Source of the DNA: a virus
Taxonomy: Duplodnaviria; Caudoviricetes
Length of the DNA: 61,335 nucleotides
Virus record (IMG/VR): IMGVR_UViG_3300008261_000017
Location: 1-61,335 of that record
Reading direction: 5' to 3' (one strand)
A model generated the notes under the pieces. The model worked only from the letters and a program-made list of their open reading frames with translations. It was not told where the DNA came from and made no database searches. Shown in pieces: positions 38,781-47,917 of the stretch (positions are counted from its first letter, which is position 1; each line of letters opens with the position of its first letter). A program made the position numbers and the translations under genes.

Positions 38781-38922
38781 TATTGTATTTAAACTTGTGG
38801 AGATTTTAGCATCAAGTCCAATATGGTTAGGAATTTGTGGAGCAGGCTTGACAATCGCACCCATTATGGGCATAATGATAATACACAGGCAACCGAATTC
38901 TGATGGAAAAAATCACGATTGA
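38764..38922 (+). CDS. single-TM microprotein
   Basis: ...GAGLTIAPIMGIMIIH; ATG 38764. Confidence 0.6.
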   Translation: MEQHTNIVFKLVEILASSPIWLGICGAGLTIAPIMGIMIIHRQPNSDGKNHD

Positions 38923-39073
38923 AAATTTTCAAAAGGATTTTGATAATCTTATGAATAGAGTTGAAAATGGTGAATCTTTTCTAGTCGAAGATGAAACAGG
39001 AAAGTCTGTTGTTGTTACGCCATGTGATGAAGAAGTAATTCGTATACATACAGAACATAATGATGCAAGTTAG
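38903..39073 (+). CDS. Phd/YefM antitoxin-like small protein, 56 aa (not in ORF track)
   Basis: ITIENFQKDFDNLMNRVENGESFLV....SVVVTP. Confidence 0.55.
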   Translation: MEKITIENFQKDFDNLMNRVENGESFLVEDETGKSVVVTPCDEEVIRIHTEHNDAS

Positions 39074-39138
39074 TGAATAAAAAATAGTCACGGATGGACT
39101 ATAACAGTACTGGTCGGAGTTGCCTTAAATGTTAAATC

Positions 39139-39366
39139 ATGTCTAAAACCAGTCTTCTCAGATATATTGGTAATTTTTTATTAGTTATTGGATATTTTGT
39201 TTTACTTTGGGGAGATTTTAAATATGGTTTATTGATTAAATGTGTAGGTGGGTTTTTAACTATCCCCTTTGCTATTAAACTTAAACTCTGGGATGTTTTG
39301 CTTCTCTGTGTATTCTACGGAATCATAGAGTTCACAAAACTTACACAACTTTTCCTAGTTTCGTAA
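39139..39366 (+). CDS. small multi-TM protein inside the RNA element
   Basis: 75-aa hydrophobic ORF whose stop falls within a repeat hairpin. Confidence 0.7.
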   Translation: MSKTSLLRYIGNFLLVIGYFVLLWGDFKYGLLIKCVGGFLTIPFAIKLKLWDVLLLCVFYGIIEFTKLTQLFLVS

Positions 39367-39428
39367 AACTAGGTGGTGGAGCCGAGAAATCGAACAGTTA
39401 AATTACACACACATACAGGAGTAAAATC

Positions 39429-39629
39429 ATGACACCTTACGAATTAAGATTTGAAATTTTTAAGCAAGCATATACTATGCTAAATGATGAGTTTTGTGTA
39501 AAGTATGATGCTGCTAGAGAAAGGAATACTAAATTTGGAAAATCAGAAATTGACTATCCAAATTTTCCCTCACTAAAACAAGTTTTAGATCAGGCAGAAA
39601 TTATCAATACTTTTGTAAGTTCTAAATAG
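39429..39629 (+). CDS. small hypothetical inside the RNA element
   Basis: MTPYELRFEIFKQA...FPS...AEIINTFVS; AGGAG SD. Confidence 0.75.
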   Translation: MTPYELRFEIFKQAYTMLNDEFCVKYDAARERNTKFGKSEIDYPNFPSLKQVLDQAEIINTFVSSK

Positions 39630-39712
39630 GTTTCCAATTTCCTTAAAGAATTGGTGGTGCGGATGGGATAACTCCCGCCTGGTTTTATTTCCAGTTAAAA
39701 AATAAATCATAA

Positions 39713-39749
39713 AAGAGGGGTTTACAAGACCCCTCTTTTTTAGTATGAT
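39713..39749 (+). promoter_or_regulatory. terminator overlapping sigma70 promoter of the glycosylation island
   Basis: AAGAGGGGT...ACCCCTCTT plus T-run; TTTACA-N17-TATGAT. Confidence 0.7.
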
Positions 39750-39784
39750 ATATACTAAAGAATTATTATTTTCTTGATTAAAGT

Positions 39785-40840
39785 ATGGGTCAATACATTA
39801 AGAAAGCACTTGTTTTGGGTGCTGGTGGGTTCATTGGAAGTCACATGGTTAAAAGATTACGTTCTGAGGGATATTGGGTTCGTGGTGTAGACCTCAAGTA
39901 TCCTGAGTATTCTCCAACTGAAGCAAACGAATTTATTCAAGGAGATCTTCGTGATGTAGATTTTGTTCGTCGTGTACTTGAATATAAGGGAGATAGAGGA
40001 AACTTTTATCAGTCAGTTCCTTATCGTTATATTCAGACCTTTGATGAAATTTATCAGTTTGCTGCTGATATGGGTGGTGCAGGATTCGTTTTCACTGGAG
40101 AAAACGATGCGGATATTATGCACAACTCGGCAACAATTAATCTGAACGTTCTTGAAGAACAGCATAAATTAAATGAAAGATTCGGTAAAAACAGTACTAA
40201 AATTTTCTATTCTGGTTCTGCTTGCATGTATCCTGAGCATAACCAACTTGATCCCGATAACCCTGATTGTCGGGAGTCTTCTGCTTATCCTGCCAATCCA
40301 GATTCTGAATACGGTTGGGAAAAACTTTTTAGTGAGCGTTTATATTTTGCTTACCATCGTAATTATGGTATTCCTGTACGTGTTGCTAGATATCATAACA
40401 TTTTTGGACCAGAGGGAACCTGGGAAGGGGGAAGAGAAAAAGCTCCTGCTGCGATTTGTAGAAAGGTGGCATATCTTCCGACTGAGGGAGGTTCTATCGA
40501 AGTATGGGGAGACGGAAAACAAACTAGATCTTTCCTCTATATTGATGAATGTATCGAAGCAACAAGAAGATTGATGGACAGTGACTTTATTGGACCTGTA
40601 AATATTGGTTCCGAAGAGATGGTCACTATTAATCAACTTGTGGAAACTGCTGCAAAGGTTGCAGATAAAGATGTGCAAAAAATGCACAAGTTGGATGCAC
40701 CTCTTGGTGTTCGTGGTCGTAACTCAAATAATGATTTGATTCGGGAAAAACTTGGTTGGGATTATTCTCAAACTCTTGAAGAAGGTATTCGCAAAACATA
40801 TAATTGGATTTCTGAACAAATTGCCAAAAAAGAATCATGA
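39785..40840 (+). CDS. NAD-dependent epimerase, GDP-mannose 3,5-epimerase-like
   Basis: GAGGFIG, AADMGG.GF, YGWEK, GGREKAPAA.CRK. Confidence 0.88.
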   Translation: MGQYIKKALVLGAGGFIGSHMVKRLRSEGYWVRGVDLKYPEYSPTEANEFIQGDLRDVDFVRRVLEYKGDRGNFYQSVPYRYIQTFDEIYQFAADMGGAGFVFTGENDADIMHNSATINLNVLEEQHKLNERFGKNSTKIFYSGSACMYPEHNQLDPDNPDCRESSAYPANPDSEYGWEKLFSERLYFAYHRNYGIPVRVARYHNIFGPEGTWEGGREKAPAAICRKVAYLPTEGGSIEVWGDGKQTRSFLYIDECIEATRRLMDSDFIGPVNIGSEEMVTINQLVETAAKVADKDVQKMHKLDAPLGVRGRNSNNDLIREKLGWDYSQTLEEGIRKTYNWISEQIAKKES

Positions 40841-41526
40841 GTTGGAGAAGTTCATTATTAGATATTGCGATTAATGACTATAATAGTTTTGATCGAAATG
40901 AACTGGTAGAATATGATATTTACCAGTTTGGGGTTTTTAATGGAGGTTCAATGAAAGAAATTGCCTCAATTTTAAATAAACATAAAATTGAGGTAAATTC
41001 TTTTTATGGATTTGATGTTTTTACTGGAATGCCAAAAGAAACAGCAGAACCAATTTTTCAGGACTCTTGGAATCCAGATATTTTCCCAGACGAATTTAAT
41101 GTATTAAAATACATGAATCTCACCACACCTGAAGAGTGTGCATCACATATACAGACAGAAGTAAAAAATATTTTTGTTTCTAGAGAAAATAATACAAAGG
41201 TATCAGTTGTTCCTGGTTTAGTTGAGGAAACTCTACCTTCTCAAAAAGATTTAAAACCAGCATTTTATGTTGATTTTGACCTTGACATTTATTCTCCAAC
41301 AAAATATGCGTTTAATTATTTGATGGAGAATAACTTGATTGTTCCTGGTACTTTGATTGGATATGATGACTGGGGTGGAACTCCTGGATTTGAAGAATTC
41401 AAAGACGGAGAATCAAGAGCACATAAAGAAATCATAGATCAGTGGGGAATTGCTATGACTAAATTGTATCAAAGTGGAAACACATACCCACATGTACAAA
41501 CTATTTGGATTGTTGAAGAGGTTTAA
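40837..41526 (+). CDS. TylF/MycF-like O-methyltransferase
   Basis: QFGVFNGGS, GFDVF.G.P, DFDLDIYSPT, YDDW. Confidence 0.75.
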   Translation: MSWRSSLLDIAINDYNSFDRNELVEYDIYQFGVFNGGSMKEIASILNKHKIEVNSFYGFDVFTGMPKETAEPIFQDSWNPDIFPDEFNVLKYMNLTTPEECASHIQTEVKNIFVSRENNTKVSVVPGLVEETLPSQKDLKPAFYVDFDLDIYSPTKYAFNYLMENNLIVPGTLIGYDDWGGTPGFEEFKDGESRAHKEIIDQWGIAMTKLYQSGNTYPHVQTIWIVEEV

Positions 41527-42192
41527 ATGAAAACATTAGTTTATATTGGTGCCAATCAAGGGCATAGTTTGGGTATGCTTGTTAATACTTTTGAAAAAGT
41601 TTATGCATTTGAACCAGACCCAGAAATGTTTTCTACTTTGAAAAGTAGATTTGGCACATTAAGTCATGTCACATTGGTAAATGCTGCATGTTCTCTTGAG
41701 GATGGTGAAGCAAATTTTTATGTTACTGGAAATAGAGTAGCAAGTAGTCTCGGTGATGGTTCAAAAGAGTTTAAGGATTATCACGGATATAATGCATCAG
41801 TGATTAAAGAGATTGCAGTTAAGACAATTAATCTTTATGATTATCTTGAAAGTGAAGGTGTGGAATTTATTAGTCTTTACTATTCTGATTGTCAAGGCAG
41901 TGATTTAAATGTCCTAAAAACTATGAAAAAGTTTGTGGATGAAAAAAGAATTGGTGAACTCTTTATGGAGACTCATGCTGACGGAACTTTTTTATATGAA
42001 GGGTTAGATAATCAATTTAGTGGATTCAAAGAAATTCTTTCAGAGAACTATGAGTTTATTCATGCAAGTTTAGGTGCATTTAATGGTAGAATTGTTGATG
42101 AAGACAATTTGGTTCCTGGAGATCCAGAATGGGATAGTTACTGGAGATTAAAAGGTTATACTGAAACAAACGGATTAAATTTGAGGGCATAA
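41527..42192 (+). CDS. FkbM-family methyltransferase
   Basis: IGANQG, AFEPDP, DCQGSD. Confidence 0.8.
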   Translation: MKTLVYIGANQGHSLGMLVNTFEKVYAFEPDPEMFSTLKSRFGTLSHVTLVNAACSLEDGEANFYVTGNRVASSLGDGSKEFKDYHGYNASVIKEIAVKTINLYDYLESEGVEFISLYYSDCQGSDLNVLKTMKKFVDEKRIGELFMETHADGTFLYEGLDNQFSGFKEILSENYEFIHASLGAFNGRIVDEDNLVPGDPEWDSYWRLKGYTETNGLNLRA

Positions 42193-42195
42193 TAA

Positions 42196-43050
42196 ATGAA
42201 AGTTTTAATTTTAGGTTCAAGTGGTCAAGTTGGTGCATATCTTTCTGAGTATCTTCGTGAAAAAGGACACGCAGTTATTGATTTTGATAAAGTTGAAACA
42301 CCAAATCATGATATGACTGTGATTCCAAATCAATATCTTGAGAATGCAATTGAGACTGCAGACTTTGTATTCTTCCTTGCATTTGATGTTGGTGGTTCAC
42401 GATACCTTAAAAAATATCAGCACACATTCCAGTTCATTGATAATAATGCCCGTTTGATGGCAAATGCATTTGGACTTCTTAAGAAATATAATAAGAGGTT
42501 TATCTTTGCATCATCTCAGATGAGTAACATGAGTTATTCTCCTTATGGTGTACTCAAGAACGTTGGAGAACTTTATACTAAGTCACTGAATGGTTTGATT
42601 GTAAAGTTTTGGAATGTTTATGGTATTGAAAGAGACCATGAAAAGGCACACGTTATTACAGACTTTATTCGTAAAGGATTTGAAACTGGTGTGATTGATA
42701 TGCTTACTGATGGACAGGAAGAAAGGGAGTTTCTTTATGCAGAGGACTGCTGCGAAGCACTTGAGACTATTATGGAGAATTTCAATGATTTTACGTCGGA
42801 AGATAACCTCCACATCACGAGTTTCCACCCGACAAAAATTATTGATATTGCTGGGATAATTAATGGACAATTTAATTTGATTGGAAAGGAAGTTAAAATT
42901 CAACCATCTGATCAAAAAGATAGTGTCCAGATGGATAAAAAGAATAAACCAGATACTTATTTGACAAAGTGGTGGATGCCTAAAACGACAATTGAGCAGG
43001 GCATTGCTAAAGTATTCGAGGCAATGAAGAATGAACAAGTTCAAAATTAA
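42196..43050 (+). CDS. NAD-dependent sugar epimerase/dehydratase
   Basis: GSSGQVG, YGVLK, NVYG. Confidence 0.85.
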   Translation: MKVLILGSSGQVGAYLSEYLREKGHAVIDFDKVETPNHDMTVIPNQYLENAIETADFVFFLAFDVGGSRYLKKYQHTFQFIDNNARLMANAFGLLKKYNKRFIFASSQMSNMSYSPYGVLKNVGELYTKSLNGLIVKFWNVYGIERDHEKAHVITDFIRKGFETGVIDMLTDGQEEREFLYAEDCCEALETIMENFNDFTSEDNLHITSFHPTKIIDIAGIINGQFNLIGKEVKIQPSDQKDSVQMDKKNKPDTYLTKWWMPKTTIEQGIAKVFEAMKNEQVQN

Positions 43051-43831
43051 TCTTTATTGTAACGATTCACTTCTTCCATCTACTTCAGATAAGAATACTT
43101 CCAAATATACAGAATGGGTTTATGATGGTTCAGGAGAAGTTAATTTTTATGTAAATCAACGTTCTCTTGAAGCATTTTCTTCTGTGCAAACAAAACCAAC
43201 TTATATTTGGTTGCTTGAATCCAAGCAAATTATTAAACCAATTTATGATTGGATAATTAAAAACTATGAGTTTGCAGTATCACGGGTAGATGGAATTTTC
43301 AGTTGTGATAAAGAACTATGTGAAAAATATCCAAAAATTATCTATTCATTATCTAATGCTGCTCCTTGGGTAGAAGATAGAAAAATTTTTGAGAAAACAC
43401 AACTTGTTTCAATGATTTCATCAAACAAGTCTATGGTTCCTGGACATAGAAAAAGACTAGAATTTGTAAATAAGTTCAAAGAGAAAGTCCATTTGTATGG
43501 AAGAGGGTTTAAAGATATTTCTTGTAAAGAAGATGGACTCAGAGACTATATGTTCTCTATTGCAGTGGAGAATGCCGTTTATGATACATACTTTACAGAG
43601 AAACTAACGGACTGTTTCGCAACAGGAACAATCCCAGTCTTCTACGGTTGTAGAGGAGTTACAGAGTATTTCAACGAGGATGGTATTATATTCTTGGATG
43701 ATGACTTTGATGTTTCTACATTGACAGAAGAACTTTATTATTCTAAAATGAATGCGATTAAAGATAATTTTGAACGTTCTTTAACTCTTCCCATTGCGGA
43801 AGATTTTATCTATACTAATTATTTTAAATGA
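43031..43831 (+). CDS. GT10-like (fucosyl)transferase
   Basis: YMFSIAVEN...YFTEKL.DCF..GTIPVFYG. Confidence 0.78.
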   Translation: MNKFKINLYCNDSLLPSTSDKNTSKYTEWVYDGSGEVNFYVNQRSLEAFSSVQTKPTYIWLLESKQIIKPIYDWIIKNYEFAVSRVDGIFSCDKELCEKYPKIIYSLSNAAPWVEDRKIFEKTQLVSMISSNKSMVPGHRKRLEFVNKFKEKVHLYGRGFKDISCKEDGLRDYMFSIAVENAVYDTYFTEKLTDCFATGTIPVFYGCRGVTEYFNEDGIIFLDDDFDVSTLTEELYYSKMNAIKDNFERSLTLPIAEDFIYTNYFK

Positions 43832-44478
43832 GTCAATACAAATATTTTTCAGAAAATAATATTAAACTCGATGGAGTTATCCATGTAGGTGCTCATCGAG
43901 GTGAAGAAATTTTTGATTATGAAAAACTCAATGCAAAACAAATTATCTGGATTGAACCAAATCCAGATGTTTTTGAAGAGTTGCAAATTGCTCTGGAGAG
44001 AGCAGATAGTTTTGTAGAGTCACATGGATTTTGTGTTGCTGCTAGTGACATTGATGCTAAAGATGTTGATTTCCATGTATGCTATGGTCCAGATGCTGGA
44101 TTTATGAAGGGCAATAAAGGTTGTTCTTCCCTATTGAAACCAAAAGGCAGATTTGAATCTTGGCATAAGAAAACAATTAAAGTTGATACAGTTAGACTTG
44201 ATACTCTATTGACTGAAAATGAATTTAACTTTAGTGACTTTCAACTTCTTGATATGGACACACAGGGAGCAGAATTGATGGTTCTCAAAGGTGCTTCTAA
44301 AGTTTTAGAAAATGTCTCTTATGTAACAACTGAAGCAACATGGAGTAATCCAGATTATGTTGATAATGTTATGTTTAATGAGTTAAAAGACTATTTAAGT
44401 TCATTTGGATTTGAACCTGTAGAAACATTCGAACATACCTCTGATTGGGGTGACGTTTTATTTGTAAAGAAAAAGTAG
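43828..44478 (+). CDS. FkbM-family methyltransferase
   Basis: HVGAHRGEE, IEPNP, MDTQGAEL.VLKG. Confidence 0.85.
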   Translation: MSQYKYFSENNIKLDGVIHVGAHRGEEIFDYEKLNAKQIIWIEPNPDVFEELQIALERADSFVESHGFCVAASDIDAKDVDFHVCYGPDAGFMKGNKGCSSLLKPKGRFESWHKKTIKVDTVRLDTLLTENEFNFSDFQLLDMDTQGAELMVLKGASKVLENVSYVTTEATWSNPDYVDNVMFNELKDYLSSFGFEPVETFEHTSDWGDVLFVKKK

Positions 44479-44485
44479 GAGAAAA

Positions 44486-45379
44486 ATGGCAATTTCATTT
44501 AATGGACTTGGTAATGCTGGACGACTTGGAAATCAGATGTTCCAATATGCTGCAATACGTGGAATCGCAGCACATAAAGGATATGATTGGATGATTCCTC
44601 CTGCAGATGCAGATAGGTGTGACAATTATGGTCTTTTTGATGCTTTTAAGTTAGTTAACTGTAAGGAAAAAAATCAAGGGGAACAACCAAAGCAAACAAT
44701 CTCTTGGAGAGAGTTTCATTTTAATGAAAATCTTTTCAATCAATGCCCAGATAATATTGATTTGGATGGATATTTTCAATCTGAAAAATACTTTAAGCAT
44801 ATTACCAAAGAGATTCATGAAGATTTTACATTCAAGGATGAATGGTTAGACCCATGTAAAGAATACATTGAAAGTATTGGAAATAAAAAACTAGTTTTTC
44901 TGCATGTTCGTAGGGGAAATCCAAATCTTCAAGGTGTTCGTGGTGAACGTTGGTCTTATCAAATGCTTCAGCAATACCATCCACTTTGTAAGTTTGAATA
45001 CTATGAAGAGGCACTTAAAGAATTTGATAGTTCTTATCAAGTATTAGTGTTCTCTGATGTTATTGAATGGTGCAAACGTCAAGACTTTTTTAAAGGAGAT
45101 AGATTCCTTTTCTCAGACAATTCTCTTGAGTTGTTCCCTGATGGTGCATCTGTTCCTTATATTGATCTTTGCCTAATGACACTTTGCAGTGATGCAATTA
45201 TTGCAAATAGTTCTTTGTCCTGGTGGGGTGCTTGGTTACAGAAAAACCCAAATAAAAAAGTTATTGCACCTACACCTTGGTTTGGACCTGCTTATGCAGA
45301 TTATATCATGACAGATTTGATTCCAGAAGGTTGGATTGAAAAGTTTAATGACCCGAAAGAAATAGAAGCAGAGGTTTGA
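44486..45379 (+). CDS. GT11 alpha-1,2-fucosyltransferase-like
   Basis: GRLGNQMFQYA, GYFQSEKYF, HVRRG, ANSSLSWWGA. Confidence 0.9.
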   Translation: MAISFNGLGNAGRLGNQMFQYAAIRGIAAHKGYDWMIPPADADRCDNYGLFDAFKLVNCKEKNQGEQPKQTISWREFHFNENLFNQCPDNIDLDGYFQSEKYFKHITKEIHEDFTFKDEWLDPCKEYIESIGNKKLVFLHVRRGNPNLQGVRGERWSYQMLQQYHPLCKFEYYEEALKEFDSSYQVLVFSDVIEWCKRQDFFKGDRFLFSDNSLELFPDGASVPYIDLCLMTLCSDAIIANSSLSWWGAWLQKNPNKKVIAPTPWFGPAYADYIMTDLIPEGWIEKFNDPKEIEAEV

Positions 45380-45380
45380 C

Positions 45381-46199
45381 ATGAAACTTGATTTTCTAAT
45401 GCCATGTCGTATTGAAAGTGAAGATAGATTAAAAAATATAATTACGACAGTCTCCTTTCTTCTTCATAATTTTCCTGAATCCAATGTCATAGTAAAGGAA
45501 GTTGATACTCGTTCTAATTTTAAATTTAGAGCAATCCCAGAGATTAAAAAATACGTAGATACTTCTAATCTAATTCATATCTACGAAGAAAGTGATGAAA
45601 GAGCATTTCATAAAACACGTATACTGAATGATCTATTATTGGAATCAAAGTCCGACATTGTTTTCAATCATGATGTTGATATGATTCTCCCTGTACAGTC
45701 ATATCACTTAGCATATGCTGCATTGTCTGAAGACCAGTGCGATGCAATTTATCCATTTGGATGTGGAATTTATCAACGAGCAGTTGATTATCCAATGGAA
45801 ACATATGAGTCTTTTTTGAATTCTAAGTTTGATTACAGTATTTTAGATTCAAATTCTAGACTTGCATCTTCAACTATTGGGTGGGGGCAGATGATTAAAC
45901 GTGAAGTTGAAATAAATGTTGGAATGTGGAATGAGAACTTTATTTCTTGGGGTGCAGAAGATTGTGAATTCCACTATCGACTTAATCTTTTTAACTATCG
46001 AGTTGGAAGAGTAAACGATGTAGTTTATCATCTTGAGCATGGTAGAACTTTTAACTCACACTATAACAATCCAAAGTTTTTAGATAATCATAATCTTTGG
46101 CAATGGTTCAGAAATCAAGATAGGGATACTGTAGTAAAATATTATCAACAGCAGGAGTATTTAATTAATAGGGGAGGGAAACTAAATGCTAGCGTTTAA
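45381..46199 (+). CDS. GT-A glycosyltransferase (GT7 C-terminal-like)
   Basis: HDVD, NENFISWGAED.EF..R, YHLEH. Confidence 0.8.
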   Translation: MKLDFLMPCRIESEDRLKNIITTVSFLLHNFPESNVIVKEVDTRSNFKFRAIPEIKKYVDTSNLIHIYEESDERAFHKTRILNDLLLESKSDIVFNHDVDMILPVQSYHLAYAALSEDQCDAIYPFGCGIYQRAVDYPMETYESFLNSKFDYSILDSNSRLASSTIGWGQMIKREVEINVGMWNENFISWGAEDCEFHYRLNLFNYRVGRVNDVVYHLEHGRTFNSHYNNPKFLDNHNLWQWFRNQDRDTVVKYYQQQEYLINRGGKLNASV

Positions 46200-47043
46200 T
46201 GGACTTGGTAATAATGGCAGATTAGGAAATCAAATGTTCCAATATGCAGCATTAAAAGGAATTGCAAGACGTAGAGGATATGATTTTTGTATTCCTCCTT
46301 ACAATGCAAAAAGAATTGACAACTATAGTTTGCATGTATGTTTTAAACTTTCAAATGTCAATACTGGTAATTTGAAATTTTTGGACAATGGACATGCACC
46401 AGTTGTAGTAGAGAAGGACTTTCACTATGATCCAATTCTCCATGATTTGTGTCCAGACGATGTGACCTTGTTTGGATTTTTTCAATCTGAAAAATGGTTT
46501 AAAGATATTGAACCAGAAATTCGTGAGGATTTCACTTTTGAGGAAGGTATTCTCAACCCATGCAAAGAATTTATTTCTGAATTTGAAAAACTACCAATCT
46601 TTTTACATGTGAGAAGGGGTGACCCAAATCTAGTTGATGCTCGTGGATTTAAGTGGGCATATGTAAATTTGGCAGATACTCATCCTGTTCAACCTATTGA
46701 ATATTATGAGAAAGCACTTTCCGAATTTGATGATGATCAACCAGTAATTGTATTCTCGGATTCTCCTGAGTGGGTTAAAGAACAAGAAATTTTCCAACCT
46801 GATAGATTTTTTATCTCTGAACCACAAGAGAAATATCCCGATGGTTCTTATACTCCATATGTTGATTTGTGTTTGATGTCTCTCTGTTCTGGGGGCATTA
46901 TTGCAAATTCATCTCTTTCTTGGTGGGGTGCTTGGTTGCAAAATCGTAGAGGAAAAATTGTTGCACCAAAGATGTGGTTTGGTCCTGCTTATGCTGATAA
47001 AGACACTAAAGATTTGTATTGTGAAGAATGGAAAGTAATCTAA
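46186..47043 (+). CDS. GT11 alpha-1,2-fucosyltransferase-like (paralog)
   Basis: GRLGNQMFQYA, HVRRGD, ANSSLSWWGA. Confidence 0.9.
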   Translation: MLAFNGLGNNGRLGNQMFQYAALKGIARRRGYDFCIPPYNAKRIDNYSLHVCFKLSNVNTGNLKFLDNGHAPVVVEKDFHYDPILHDLCPDDVTLFGFFQSEKWFKDIEPEIREDFTFEEGILNPCKEFISEFEKLPIFLHVRRGDPNLVDARGFKWAYVNLADTHPVQPIEYYEKALSEFDDDQPVIVFSDSPEWVKEQEIFQPDRFFISEPQEKYPDGSYTPYVDLCLMSLCSGGIIANSSLSWWGAWLQNRRGKIVAPKMWFGPAYADKDTKDLYCEEWKVI

Positions 47044-47831
47044 TGGAAAAAAATAAATCTTCCTATAAACTAAAAAATATTGGTCCTATTTATTACTTAA
47101 ATCTGGATGGTCAACCAGAAAGGAAGGACTACATGGAGGACCAACTTAAGTATTGGGAAATTGAAAACTATACTCGCATCTCTGCATATGATGGTAGAGA
47201 AGATGATTTGAGTGACATTATTTCTGGAAGATATCCACAGTTGATGACTTCTGGTGAAATTGGATGTGTCACTTCTCACTTAAAGGCAATTAAACATTGG
47301 TATGAGACTTCCGATTCTCCATATGCAGTGATTATGGAAGATGATGTTGACTTCCAAATTGTCCAGAATTGGGATTTTACTTGGAGTCAATTTTATTCTT
47401 TAGTCCCATATGATTGGGATGTAATTCAATTATCAATTATTTGTACTGGACCTTTGCACGTTCAACTGCATAAAAGATTTGTCAATGATTTTTCTACCGC
47501 ATGTTATATGATATCTCGTCATCATGCAGAAAAGATTATCAAGCATCATATTAGGGGAGATAAGTATAAACTTGATAATGGGGTAAAACCCAGAGCAGTT
47601 GCTGATGATTTGATTTATAACTCTGGAAATACATTTTCAATTCCAATTTTCTTGTACAGAATTGCCTTGGGTTCTTCTATTCATCCTGAGCACATTGATA
47701 TTTTCCATCGTTCTAGTCATGATGGATTGTTAAATTTCTGGCAACAGAATGGAGCTAATCTTAAAATTGATGAACTGATGAATTATGACCCTTACCTTGG
47801 AAGGATAACTGAGAACAAACAAGAGTCTTGA
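47043..47831 (+). CDS. GT25 glycosyltransferase
   Basis: YLNLD..PER, GEIGC..SH, IMEDD. Confidence 0.85.
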   Translation: MEKNKSSYKLKNIGPIYYLNLDGQPERKDYMEDQLKYWEIENYTRISAYDGREDDLSDIISGRYPQLMTSGEIGCVTSHLKAIKHWYETSDSPYAVIMEDDVDFQIVQNWDFTWSQFYSLVPYDWDVIQLSIICTGPLHVQLHKRFVNDFSTACYMISRHHAEKIIKHHIRGDKYKLDNGVKPRAVADDLIYNSGNTFSIPIFLYRIALGSSIHPEHIDIFHRSSHDGLLNFWQQNGANLKIDELMNYDPYLGRITENKQES

Positions 47832-47917
47832 CAAAACATTAATGGTCATAATATGATACGGAAACCTTAAGGGAACTTAAGGTTTTTTTCATATTCTATA
47901 GAAGAAATAAAAATCTT

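Larger units (their letters stand above)
39084..39706 (+). ncRNA. manA-like structured RNA, interrupted by two ORFs
   Basis: ATAGTC-ACGGATG-GACTAT hairpin; repeated hairpin plus TGGT(n)GGA units; GGATGGGA-TAAC-TCCCGCC; upstream of a sugar epimerase; family recalled, not searched. Confidence 0.55.

Noticed and set aside
47862-47885. Pho box before the porin
   Set aside because: The CTTAAG copies are 10 bp apart and palindromic, not the 11-bp-period direct repeats expected
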